Assembly (NCBI RefSeq): GCF_006345805.1
Contig: NC_042999.1
Span: forward strand, 10,726,001 to 10,790,000
Length of the DNA stretch: 64,000 bases
Reading direction: 5' to 3'
Source: Octopus sinensis
Lineage: Eukaryota
This document shows positions 51,979 through 64,000 of this stretch, piece after piece. The notes under the pieces were generated by a model. That model did not search any database. It had not been told where the DNA came from and worked only from the letters and a program-made list of their open reading frames with translations. Every line of letters begins with the position of its first letter. Position 1 is the stretch's first letter. A program made the translations under genes and the position numbers.

Positions 51979-52172
51979 GTTTGTGTGTCTGTGCTTGTCC
52001 CTCCACCATTGCTTCACAACCAATGTTGGTGTGTTTGCGTCCCCGTAACTTAGTGGTTCAGCAAAAGAGGCCAATAGAATAAGTACTAAGCTTACAAAGA
52101 ATAAGTCCTGTGGCCGATTCATTCGACTAAAGGTGGTGATCCAGCATGGCCGCAGTCAAATGACTGAAACAA

Positions 52173-52175
<3 letters not shown>
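51810..52175 (+). mobile_element. Family A SINE, 5'-truncated
   Basis: From the B box (gattcagtcccact) through the tail (gactgaaacaag). Confidence 0.85.
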
Positions 52176-52208
<33 letters not shown>

Positions 52209-52210
<2 letters not shown>

Positions 52211-52408
52211 CGGAGATGTACTTGCATAGCAAGTGACCTGATCTGAGATCATGTGCTGGAACGAAAACAATTGCAGTGTGGAGGGTGTTTATAAGCCATT
52301 TAAGAAACATACAAAAACTGTTAGATTCACTTCAACATTTAAATTTAATTTGTCAAAATATTTTTGTCGCTTTGAGACCGCAATCTGTTCACCTTCCACG
52401 CTGCAATT

Positions 52409-52412
<4 letters not shown>
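52209..52412. mobile_element. Short element in (TA)n with 23-bp inverted repeats
   Basis: 52265-52287 and 52390-52412 are reverse complements (21/23). The unit is flanked on both sides by (TA)n. Confidence 0.55.
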
Positions 52413-52486
<74 letters not shown>

Positions 52487-53462
52487 TACTTCCATGGTAT
52501 ATTCCAAATAACATTCTAGTATAGAGGGATATACATATATATATCATATATGGGGCAGGCCTTACACAGAGTGTAGCCACAAGAGAGAAAAAGAAAAAGA
52601 GGAATCAAATTGGGAAAGCAATGGTTTAGAAGGCAAGAATGTTGCAGATTTCGGGAAGAAGAGATGGGAAGAATAACTAGATTTTAGAAACCAACCAGAG
52701 GATTTCAAATATTAAGAACAAACTCAGGCGTAAATATAATAATATTAGAATGTAGAAGAGAAATATGATGTAAAGTGATAATTTATTTTCATCAAAACAT
52801 TTTAACCCCATCTCAAAAGAGCAGCCAAATAAAGCCTTCATTAAAATCATTCTCGTGGCTGAAATGGTGGTGGATAAATCCCTTAATGTATTTAGGTTAT
52901 ATCTTCTGAACCCTCTGAGTTTAAATACAAGTGAGGCCCCACTTATCTTTTCATATTGAGTCAATAAAATAAAGAACCAGTCGAGTATAGGGCTGATTTA
53001 ATCGACTGTTCCTGACCCTGAAATACAAGGCTTTCTGTGCCTATGTTACAAATCATCATCAATATTATTATTGTTGTTGTTATTATTATTATTATTACTA
53101 AAGGGTTGGACTTGAAACTCTACAACACTGGCGTTTGTTTCCCCACTAGAGTTAACTCTGCCTTTCATCCTTTTCAAGTCAATAAAATAGTTTCATTGGC
53201 TACAGGGATTAATTACTGGACTAATTATGTTAGGATTAATTATACTGAGTGTATTCCTTCCACTTACAAAATACAATGGGGAGCCTGTACGTAATTTTAC
53301 TCAACCTGCTAGAGATAGTAACCAAATCTACCTCAAACCATACACGCCTTTTTTTAAAAAATCACATTGGATAATGTAGCCCAGTGGGCACTATTCCTGA
53401 AAATGAGACTAGATGGTCATGGCTTGAATGCCTGTATCATGTGTGCTCAATATTAACAGAAC

Positions 53463-55549
53463 CAAGGCACTGCAACTGATATGCTAGTGGTAAGAATAGC
53501 CCTTCACCAGTTCTTTGAGGCAAGACATGAAGGCTGCATTGTCAGAGCTGAGGTTGATGCACTCAAACACAAAGGAACTAAAGCTGTCCAATAGGCTTCA
53601 ATGGGGGAGACACAACATGGCAACAAAACAACAATCAGGTCTCTAGTTGGTGTCTATTTGCAACAACCTCCACCATGCACAATATACAGAAGGCTGGGAT
53701 GAAAGCTGGCTTCTGTGGGGTTCTGGTCAGTTTGAATTAGTCTAAAACATTCAGTAGGGATAACCACATCCATACTAGGAAGCTGTCCTGAAATCAGCTG
53801 GGTTCTGACCAGCTCTCAGGGGTTGAATTGCTGCAATGTGCAGCAATACCTACTTGGTAGTCAAAGTAAACAGTCACCTATTGGAACCATTGCATGCTTG
53901 ATCCATCCGGGCTTCTCCCTCTCAGCTGCTCTGTACATGTCGGCTCTTGAGTCACTGCTGCAAGAGTTGGAACAGTTGAGAGGCACAACATTCAAACTGG
54001 CATCCAGGAGGGCTGTGTCAGTGTATGCGGCCAACATCACCATCATGGTGTCAAGTGCCTCCGAAGTGGAGATGGTTGGCACAATCGTAAAGGAATATGA
54101 CAAGTCAGTATGCTTACAGCTTGGCATCTGGAGACGTAGAATGGTGCCATTAGACTGTTATTGGATGCTGAATTGATGGACCAGTTAAACTGCTCAGAGT
54201 CTGGATAAGAACTGGGTCAAAAGGACAATCAGGGTGGCCAGTCTTACTCAGAAATGGGAAAAGAGGAAGCTGTCCCTGAAAGAGCAGGTGAAGGCGGCAA
54301 ATGCCTACGTTACTTCCATTATTTATTACCTGACTGGCATGCAGGACACCAGCTGCCATTTGATCAAATTAGAACATCTGTTGTTTATTTTCTTGTAGAA
54401 GACATGAATTCCAATAGTCGGGTGGCCAGTCTATTGCCAGCACCCCTTATGTAGCAGCACCCCTTATGACTGCTGATGTGCAGACAACACTGAGTTGTAC
54501 CACCTGCAATGATTTCTAGATAGTGAACATCTGTGAGCTCTATTTATGAGGCAAGTTGCACTGATGGAGCTGTAGTCCTGGGTGAAGGAAAGACCAAGAC
54601 TGGGTGTCTGGCACTCAGAGCATTGTTAGGCACTCACAGACTTCTACTAGTTGGGCAATGAGATCAATGGATGTTCCATTTTAGCAATAGATACAGGATC
54701 AGTGGCAGGGAAGTATCATGATACCCTTGGGGAGACTCTGGGCATTCACAAAAAGGAACTGTCTAGTCTGTTCTGGAGGACTTTCTAGTTAGGGACTACC
54801 ATGGAGTCCCTAACTTCCAGAAGTCCTTGGCCAGTGCTACTGGGGGGCATTATTGGTTCAAGATAAACTCTACAGGAACAGATGTGCTGTCAGACAAATC
54901 TGTATGAGATGCGGAGGAAAGAAACCGTTCTGCATGCACTCAGTCAGTGTCTGGGCATTACTGACTGACTGAGTCATGTTGACCAGCTGCTGTTGCATGT
55001 GGGACAGAACCCTCTATTAGCCAAATACATAGAAAAGACTGCCCCACTCCACTCTCCTTTAACTAGCCAGGTAAGGCAGTCTTCCTTTATCTGGTGGATA
55101 TTGTGAAAGAGGCTGTCTGGTTAAGGAGGCTGGAAGGTAGGAGGACAGTGACAAATCACTTTGGTGATGCTCTCAATTTTTTTTCAAGTTTAACTTGTAA
55201 AGCAAAGTGAGAGAGGTGTTGCCCCAAGCAAATCTACTGAAAGGTGGGTGAAAGTGGCAAAAATGGCAAGAGTAGATGGTGCCACTCAAGTATAGGCCTG
55301 TGAGTAGGAGAACAAGAACTGGAGAGGACACTTGCCTTTGGTGTTCAGGGTAGTCTTATATGATAGGGTTCCTTGATTGGCCCTAGAGGTCCTACTGTAT
55401 TAGGAGGATCAGACCATTTCCACTTTAGTCTTTTTACTGATGTATTACATTTTTTTTTAAATATCATTTTATTCTATGCATACCCTACAATTTATAACCA
55501 TTTTTTGTATGTCTCCCTCATCTGTCATCCTGGTGGCAAATAAAAAGAA

Positions 55550-55560
<11 letters not shown>
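53463..55560 (+). mobile_element. Decayed, 5'-truncated Tx1/L1-clade LINE (ORF2 RT + C-terminal CCHC finger)
   Basis: IHPGFSLSAALYMSALESLL (decayed RQGCPLSP.L), VSVYAANITI (decayed YADD, 54021-54035), KWEKRKLSLKEQVKAANAYVTSII, and CMRCGGK/ETVLHALSQC (54901-54950). AATAAA at 55539, then (ATT)n. Confidence 0.85.
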
Positions 55561-55586
<26 letters not shown>

Positions 55587-58487
55587 GTAGTAGTAGTAGT
55601 AGAGTAGTGCACTGGCAGAATCAGTAGAGACCTGAAGTATTTAACTGCAATCCTTTATGTTTAGAGTTCAAATCCTACCATGGCCAACAACTTTGGTGGA
55701 TCAATAAAATGCAACATCCATGATGCAACAATAAAACCAACCTCATCTAATTCTAAAAATTATAGTCCTATGTCTGTATGAGAAATCATTATTCACAGAG
55801 TACACCCTGGAGCGGTTGGTGTTGGGGGGGGGGGATCAAGCTTGAGAAAACAAGCCAAAGCAGAGTGGAACCCAGTGCAACTCTCCAGCTTACCAGTTCC
55901 AGTGAAATTCTCTTATCCATGATAGCATGGAAAATGGACACTAAATGATTCTTCTCCTTCTTCTTCTTATTATTATTAGGGTACTAGTTGGTGGAATCAG
56001 TAAAATGTTCATGGCTTTTCAAGAAGTCCCTTGATAATGTGTTTAAATTCCTTTAGAATAGGGTTTCTAAATGACAGTCATGTACTGCAACTCACCGAAC
56101 CCACTACACCCCTCCTTTGAGTGTAAGTGAAAAATTAGTATTATTATTATCAGAGAGGTGGTGGTAGTGGTGGTGGTCATTATCCTGCAAACTTAAGCTG
56201 TTCGTGAAGCAAGTCAGCCACTAGGTTATTGTTTCGACTTACAACTTCTACTTCAGTTGTTTAATTAAGGATACTAGACACAGTCCAAGCATTTCAATAA
56301 TCCATTTCTATCATTCTATATACATAAAACTGTGATTTTAGGCTGATGTGAAAAAATGTTCAATTTCTCTTTGAGTAAAAAATTCAACACCTCTTTCTTG
56401 CGTCTACTAAATAAAACAAAATAGTTTTGTGACTTAAAACTTAGAAAAATAAAAAAGAATCATTATCATCATCAGGATCTGACAAGAGATGTAAAGACCA
56501 AGTTCTTAGGAAACAAAGAACTTGTTTCATTTCAAAGTTGGGGACTTCTTCACTTACACCATTATCACGCCTGGAGAAAAAACATGGACGCTATTTCCCC
56601 CTTTCTTCACACCCAACCACTTTGAAACTGCTGGATTTATAAATGTATAAGAACTTAAGTGACACCAATGACAGAAAATTGGAATAGATAGTGATGCATT
56701 TTTTTAAAGGATCCAGTTGATGGTTACAGGGTCCAGATATTAATCAAATACCAGGAGGGCTCCAGTAATGATATTACTTTTTGATCCTACAACACCTGGC
56801 AAATAAAATCTCTAGAGCTCGTCCTTTCCCTTACAGAAGATAGTCATGTAAGTAACAGACCCCACCACAAAAAAAGAAAAAGAGAAAGGGGGATCAGTTA
56901 TATTATATAGCCCCTCTTTACTATGTCATTGGTCTTAAGTCAAAAGTAATCATTACGATAATATTTTAGACATTATTCCCAGAATACCTCTTTCGGAATG
57001 TTCTAACCATTCTATTCTCTCTGTAAAGCTGAATCTCCATGCCAGTGTAAGTATTATACTTATTATTGATTTTTGTAATCATACAAACACCAGCACAAGA
57101 CAAATGGTTTTGGCAAACTTGGAATACAGTTAATAAGAGCAACTGTTTTACAGCTGGACGGTTTTTCCACCACTAACCATTCAACCATGAAATTGATTCC
57201 TATTTTCAGTCAGGCATGGTGATGAAAGTAGAGTAATGTACCTTGTATGGAGACATAACACAATGGCTAAAATAAAAATAATGTTTGAAGTCAAGATCCT
57301 AGAGTTGTTACAGACCTAAATAAATTATGCTAAAAACTGTGAAACTACCAAGGCAGGCATCCTTAATCGAACTATCACCATCAAACAGATAATGGATCAT
57401 AGTGTAATTAATAACAATCTGATTAACTCTACCTTAGAGACAAGACCAGAAATTTTGAATCTAGCACAGAACTGATGCATATGTTATCAATTTTGGTAAG
57501 ATGTGCAGCAAAAGCTAACCTCGATAGAGTTTGAACTCAAAATGTAAAAGAAATGTGACTAGATTAATAAGTACTGTTTCTAGCAGAGGTAGAAGACCTA
57601 AAATTGACAATAGAGTCTTAGTCGATACCAACAGCCCCAGTTCTTGACTGGCATTTTACTTAATTGACCCTAGAAGTACAAAAAACAAAGCTGACCTCAG
57701 CAAAATTTGAAACCAGAATCTAAGGAGGCAGAACAAATACCACAAGGCATTCTTTCTTAAATTTTAACTTCCATTAGAACTCGAGTACAAAAAAAAAATT
57801 TAATCACTACATGACCTTTCAACATGCTAAAAATAGCAGCCAAGCACCACCTCTTCCTTCAGCATACCTTACTATTTAAAGGGGAAAGGCATTAAATGTG
57901 GTCCTGGTGTACACTGCCCAAAAGGAAGACGAGATTGTCATGGTTGGAATACCTTTGATTACAGATTTACTCAATCAGGACTCACCTGGACTGAAACAAC
58001 ATAAAAATGTTTCCCTACCACCACCAAAATGATTTTAAAGGAGTAGGTATGGTTGGTTGTGTGGTTAAGAACATTGTTTTGCAAACTAGATGGTTTCAGG
58101 TTCAATCCTACTGCACATTCAGGTCCGACCAAAGCCTTGTAAGTGAAATTTAGTAGATGAAAAATGTATGACAGCCCATCATAGAGGCTGTTCCTATCCA
58201 TGGGCGGTAAACTTAATCTGTTACCCAGATTAATATCACCATCAGGCCTTGATAGCTTTACTACAGTCCACTCTGTTATATCCATTTAGCCAAGATTGTG
58301 GTCTGAAAATAATTTCTTCCTTAGCTCCCATAAGTCTTGAAGGTCTGAAAAAGGGGGCATGGCTATTGCCACTCCTCCTCTGACTAACTCATACAAAAAA
58401 AAATTAAGACTGGATTTAAATTACTTTTCATCTCTGCAATTTCTTGTGTATAAAATGTTGTTTGATGGTCACTAACTAATATAACAC

Positions 58488-58719
58488 TTAACCTTTTCGT
58501 TATCCCATTTCTGTTAAAATACATTGACCGTTTCAGTTCCGAAATAGAATGACCATTTCAATTGGTTCCGAAAATGACTTATTCATCAGTAAATTGAGAT
58601 TTGGAACAGAAACTAACGTAAAATTCCGAAAAATGGTTTTAATTCAGATAATATAAAACATGAGATATGTAGCTTAGAAGCAAGGGTATTCTTGGATGTG
58701 TTGGCATCAAAAGGGTTAA
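58488..58719 (-). mobile_element. TTAA-type MITE family 1 copy, both ends preserved
   Basis: TTAACCTTTTCGTTATC ... GGCATCAAAAGGGTTAA; TTAA at both ends. Confidence 0.75.
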
Positions 58720-59291
58720 AATAAATAGCACATATTCCACACAGCATCCATTTCACTTTCAGTGGAACTAAGACCAAGTTGATACACTAGCTGTGTGTTT
58801 TGGCACTGCACTGCACAACCTCATCAGTTCAAAGAAGTGCTATCTGTTCTCCAGCTTTCTAAGCAGAGAACTAACACCTAAGCAGAAGCTTAGTGCTCAG
58901 AAGAAGACACTGGAAATGGATACCTGTCTAAGTATCTTAGCTTTCTTGATATTACGTAACACTAATGAGTACAGACCATCTTCTATTTGAAACCTTAACT
59001 CTTTACTTGCCAAGTACCCAATTACCTGCTTACAGACAGCATCAAGAAATATCTTTTTACAACATTACATTATGGCACCGTAATTGTATTTAAAAGATTC
59101 TTAACACATTCTTTCCTTATTTTCTTTTTATTTGTTATGAGGTTAAAGGGTTCACTTCCCAACTGCATGGTTTCAGGCCCTGGTCAACCCAAAGCTATGG
59201 AGAAACTTATCTCTGTCTGTGTATCACCACATATATGTAGGAGGAGGGAAGAAAGGGAAGGGAAAAGGTTGTCGAGAGAGAAATAGTGTGT

Positions 59292-59344
<53 letters not shown>

Positions 59345-59459
59345 TGACTGAGTGTGTGTGTGTTAAGCTAAGTTAAGTTAATTTTTTGGCTCAAAAAGCA
59401 AAAAGCAAGGCCATGTAGGAGGACATGGAGTTATGTACAGGGTGTGTGTGAGAGAGAGA

Positions 59460-59496
<37 letters not shown>

Positions 59497-61186
59497 TGTG
59501 TGTGTGTGTGTGTGTGAGAGAGGGAGAGAGGGGGTAGTGTTGTCACTACAGTAATTAGCAAGATTTGTTTAAAAACATGGGTTAGGGAATTTTAACTATA
59601 TTTACCTGATCCAGTGTTCATACCTGGACAATTTTATGTTGATAACAGCAGAGTGGGGAAACTCTGAAAACCAGCACATATACACAAGCCAAGCCAGAGT
59701 TTGGCAGCACAGCCAAGAAGGGACAAGATGACGGAGAGAGAGAACTTTGAAAAGGAATGTTATTTATCATGAGGTATTGTTCAATGAATATACTTATTCT
59801 ATAGAATATGAAAAAAAAGGTATCTTAAATAAATGTTGATGCTTAGCAGAACCAAAATCGTCGTTAATCGTCACTAAGAAAGTCAATCTGAACGTTATTT
59901 GAATAATTTATGAAGATACATACACAATTAACAAATATTTTTACAGTCAGTATAATGACAGGTAAATTCCTGGTAGCGTATCAATTTTACTGCAGCTTCT
60001 ATTTTCCAACTCAACTTACATGGTTTTGATTGGCTTATTGGCTCATGGTTATACTTACCCAACGTTCTTTGTAGCAGAACTGAACCCAAAACCATGTAGT
60101 TGGGAAGCAAACTTTACCACACAACCATGCCTGCACCTCTACATTTAATTATCCCTACTAAAAATTATACAATTTTATCTCCTGGTTTGTTTCAATTTCT
60201 TTTTTATCAATCAGGGTAGAATTCAAAAATTGAAATTGCTTTTCAGTTTGAAATCTATTTAAAGTGCTAGTTTCTATGAAACAGTTAATCATTGTTGTAT
60301 CTAAAGAAAGCTAAACATTAAAGCTGATTTTTAGAAGATAAATTAACCAAAAATTTTGACAGAATGTTTTAATTTCATATCAAAAACTGGAAGTTTGTAT
60401 CATAGAATCAGAGGCAGAATCAGGCAGGCTGGTATCAAAAGGGTTAAAGTGCAATTTCTAATGTTGGCAGAAATTCTTGAGTCAGTTGTTTTGCAATATG
60501 ATTCTTGTAATAGCAACTACTCAAAACAGTGGATAGGTGTAGTTGCTATTTTTAGCTAAGCTGACAATAAGCAAAGCGTCACAAAACAATATACAAGAGA
60601 AAGAGAGCCTGGCTATGAGGGCGGTGTCTAGTCGGTAACACTGCTCCTTAACCACTCAGCCAATAGAACAATATTTCAAAATTTACTGACACTAGTAGAT
60701 GCTGTTGGTTCTCTCCAAAAACAACTAAATATCATTTTAGGGTGTCAGCATAATTCAAATGAAAAGGAATATATTTAATTTTGACTCATGCGTGAGAGTT
60801 GCCTGAAACATAAATCTTCTAAATGCTCCGCCACCACCACCACCACATCCTGCCTCCCTCTGTTTTGCTCTTTTCTCTCTTTCCTAAAGATTTAGATAAG
60901 ATTGGAAGTTAGGTTTGTTGGGATATCTCATGTCCACCAATGGGTTGCTATCCAAGAATCACTTATTGTAAAGAATGCAATAGTGTGTGCGCATGTGTGC
61001 ATGTGTGTGTGTGTATACACACACACATACATTCTAAAAGACATGAAATAAAACTGGAGTAAAAACTATAAATAAAAAATAAAACAAAATATATTAAATT
61101 ATTATCAAGAAAGATTTTCTTTTTGGCATGGATTTAGAAGCTAATTATCATTGATACAAGAATGTATGTATGCATGAGATCATTGT

Positions 61187-61217
<31 letters not shown>

Positions 61218-62071
61218 ATGTAGATAGATAGGCTTTGCAAGGATGGGGAAACAGGAATGACTGAGCAATGGAAGAGGAGTTGATCAGTTTAAAGTATTTC
61301 GAGAGAGTAGTGAAGGAAAACCATGCAAGAGATGCGAGTATCCGGAGGTGTATGGTTGTGTCAAGGAAGTTTTGGGAAAGGTTTAGGGAGCGAATGGGGT
61401 TAGGTATGATGTCAGAAGATACCAGTGCAGTCACTGGATCTAAGTTGTGTTAAGAGAAGCAGGCATCTATACACTTGGCATGTAAACACATCTGACAGTG
61501 TGTGCATGTGTGTGTGTGTGTGTGCATGTGTGTGCGTGTGTGTGCGTGTGTTGGGTGTAAAACTGTTTAGAGTGCTGTAGTACTAACATTAAGTTCAAAC
61601 CTTACAAAATGATTTTTTGATGTATCAATTTTTTTAAAGGCAATCAATGTGCTGGTTCCACAAAAAAGGCACCAAGCACACACTGTAAGTGGTTGTAGTA
61701 AGAAAGGGTAATTCAGCCTTAGAAACCATGCTGAAGTATGGATGTAGTTCTTCAGTCCACCTTGTCAGACCCTGTCAAACTGTCCAACCCATGTCAGTAT
61801 GGAAGACAGACAGACAGACAAATGATAACGATGAAGTGCAAAAACCTAGTAAACCGATTCAGTAGAGACATGACAGGATTTACTGCTTATGATCAATATT
61901 GTTGAAACAAGGTACTACCACTACTTGTAGCTGATCAGTTAACATTTTTTCCAATAAAACCTTACATGCCAACAATTTCAGAAAATATCTCAAGTTTCTG
62001 CACCAAGCAACAAAATCCAAAATATGAACGAGTAAATTAGTTATTAGTGACGGAAGCAGTTTTTGTAACGA

Positions 62072-62691
62072 ATATTAATTTGCATATCCAAATTAACTTG
62101 GATGTGTTGTTTTAAATGCCATACGCTATGATAATCATCTTGAGAAATTATCTCATATAAATGTTAAGTGCTAAAAAGCATAGATTATATTGGCAGAAAT
62201 GGTAAGGTGCCTGTTGCTGAGGAAGCATAAATTACGCTGAACTCATGTGATACAACAGCCCCAGCTGTTGGTGCTGATGAAATTTCACCTGCCAATGAAA
62301 CCTGTGCTTTTAAGCACTTAATGTCTATATGAGATGATTGCCTCAACTTACAGCAAATTAATTTGTTACAAAGGCTGTTTCAGTCACTAATTGCTAATTT
62401 ATACACAGCCTGCCAGCTTTTGCCACCTAACTGATTTTTTAGCAAGGGTTAAACTATATCGATTTGACAGAATTTCTATCTGTCATTTGGCAACAGGGTA
62501 CCTGTTGCCGAGCAAGTGCAAATTATATAAGAATCATGTGATGCAATAGTCCCATCTGCTGATGCTGACCAAATTTCATCCATGCTTTTTAGCGCTTAAT
62601 ATCTATACAAGATAATTTCTCAGGACAATTACAGCAGCTTATGACATTTAAAGCAACAACTCCAGGTTAATTTGGATGTGCAAATTAATAT
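62072..62691. mobile_element. Foldback/MITE-like element with 114-bp inverted arms and an internal duplication
   Basis: 62072-62185 is the reverse complement of 62578-62691 (~80% by eye). Ends TA-TTAATTTGCATATCC / GGATGTGCAAATTAA-TA. Confidence 0.75.
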
Positions 62692-62924
62692 AAAGAAGTA
62701 GAATAATCTTTATGGTCTTCTAGTTCCAATTAGCAGAAGGTAATTTTACAAAACTTTTTACACTAATCAATTATTAAAATGTACAAGCTACAGAGACTAA
62801 GCAGAATAGATCAGCTGGTTTGTTAAAAATCATCCTTTTTTTTAAAGCAGTTCACTTGAAGTCCTCAGAAGACTACACATCCGTTTTTATACTATACACA
62901 CCATCATTGTCATCACCTTCACCA

Positions 62925-63385
62925 TCATCACTGTTTTAATGTCTACTATTGCATGTTTACATAGATCAGACAACACCTTGTTGAGCCAGTTGCTTCCATA
63001 GCCAGACGTTTTGTCCTGATGTTAATTTTCACCTGTCTCAAAGCAAGGAAACAATATTTTTCCCATGACTGTGGAACAATGAACAACCTGGACATGCATT
63101 CACTGAGGATGATTGTAAACAGAAGACACTGTTTGTATAGATGGTGACTGTTCACAATCAGCCTGCACAGGTCAAGGAGCATAAATACTGTCTCACACAC
63201 ACACACACACACAAAATGAGCTTCTTCCAGTTTCCATCTAACAGATTTCATTGAGAAGGTCCACCTGCAATAGCAAATACCATAGCTGACAGGATGCACA
63301 CAGTGGGAATGAACCTCTAAACCAGGTGATTCTGAAGCAAACCTCTTAACCCCATAACCAAGCCTGTACCTTTGATTAATTAAAA
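62925..63385 (-). mobile_element. Near full-length decayed SINE family E
   Basis: Family-A-type head (ggttatggggttaagaggtttgctt...ggttcattcccactg), gatggaaactggaagaagc, TG tract, RTE-like tail and (GAT)n. Confidence 0.65.
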
Positions 63386-64000
63386 CTGTCATTTATTTTG
63401 GAATCATTCATGCATGGATTTATTTGTCCCCATATTATCAGAGCTATTTTCTACCACTGCTTTTATGGATCTATTCTACTTTTGAGGCAATTTACAACAG
63501 GTCTTTTGCTTTGAGTTTCCATAAATTTTGATCCATTCACCTGATACAGTTTCTCTTTACAGTAAATTTCATTAATAAATCATTCGATGCCTGCAGAACA
63601 GCAATAATCAAAACAATGGCATACATATTAATAATTTAAAATACTTTCTGCCAGATTTGAACATGAATCTACAAACCATCTTTGAAGAACATCTCCTCGC
63701 TTTAGATGAAGAGTGTTTACAACACACCCCAAGTCATTGAGAAAAGGAGACTCTGAGATACTGTGGTGTTTTGACCTCATTGTGTCTCTCTTCAGTCAAA
63801 GCCACCCCCACAGAAATGAATTATTCAGTGATACATGTTGATTTCTGCCAGAATGATAATAAACCATTAGGTGCTCATAGAAGAGCAATAATCAATGTTT
63901 GCTGATTTCTATAATCAAGAGTTTAGGTTCTTTGACCTGGGGGTTAGCTTTGACTGAAGAAACACTGCATCTTAAAAAGCTCTTGATCAATAACTCAGGT

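Noticed and set aside
60509-60550. Perfect 12-bp hairpin AATAGCAACTAC/GTAGTTGCTATT
   Set aside because: Too short for a pre-miRNA, isolated, and without TSD or a second copy in the window.
62270-62310. CTGATGA...GAAAC inside the foldback element
   Set aside because: The triplet would be GUG (not cleavable) and stem I is absent.

Overview
AT-rich, microsatellite-dense eukaryotic DNA with no confidently identifiable host gene. The SINE, MITE and RTE repertoire matches my recollection of Octopus genomes; this is an inference and no search was run. Nearly all interpretable sequence is transposon-derived. It includes a long 5'-truncated RTE-clade LINE (17.6-20.6 kb) whose RT carries an in-frame Cys4-His-Cys3 (PHD-like) insert, further RTE 3' fragments, a decayed Tx1/L1 LINE, an R4/Dong-type 3' fragment and a Penelope-like relic. 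It also has three non-autonomous Helitrons, a nested Tigger / TTAA-MITE / mariner stack, foldback elements and at least four tRNA-derived SINE families. The most notable signal is absent from the ORF track: two well-formed type I hammerhead ribozyme folds (49103-49213 +, 7211-7332 -) and several decayed ones. They are unrelated outside the core but share a palindromic stem III, mostly a long stem II extension, and TA-microsatellite context, as in Penelope-like elements and retrozymes. Also notable is a 65-nt, three-way-junction-like module of the RTE 3'UTR that varies from 1 to more than 8 copies among insertions. All pairings and translations were done by eye.
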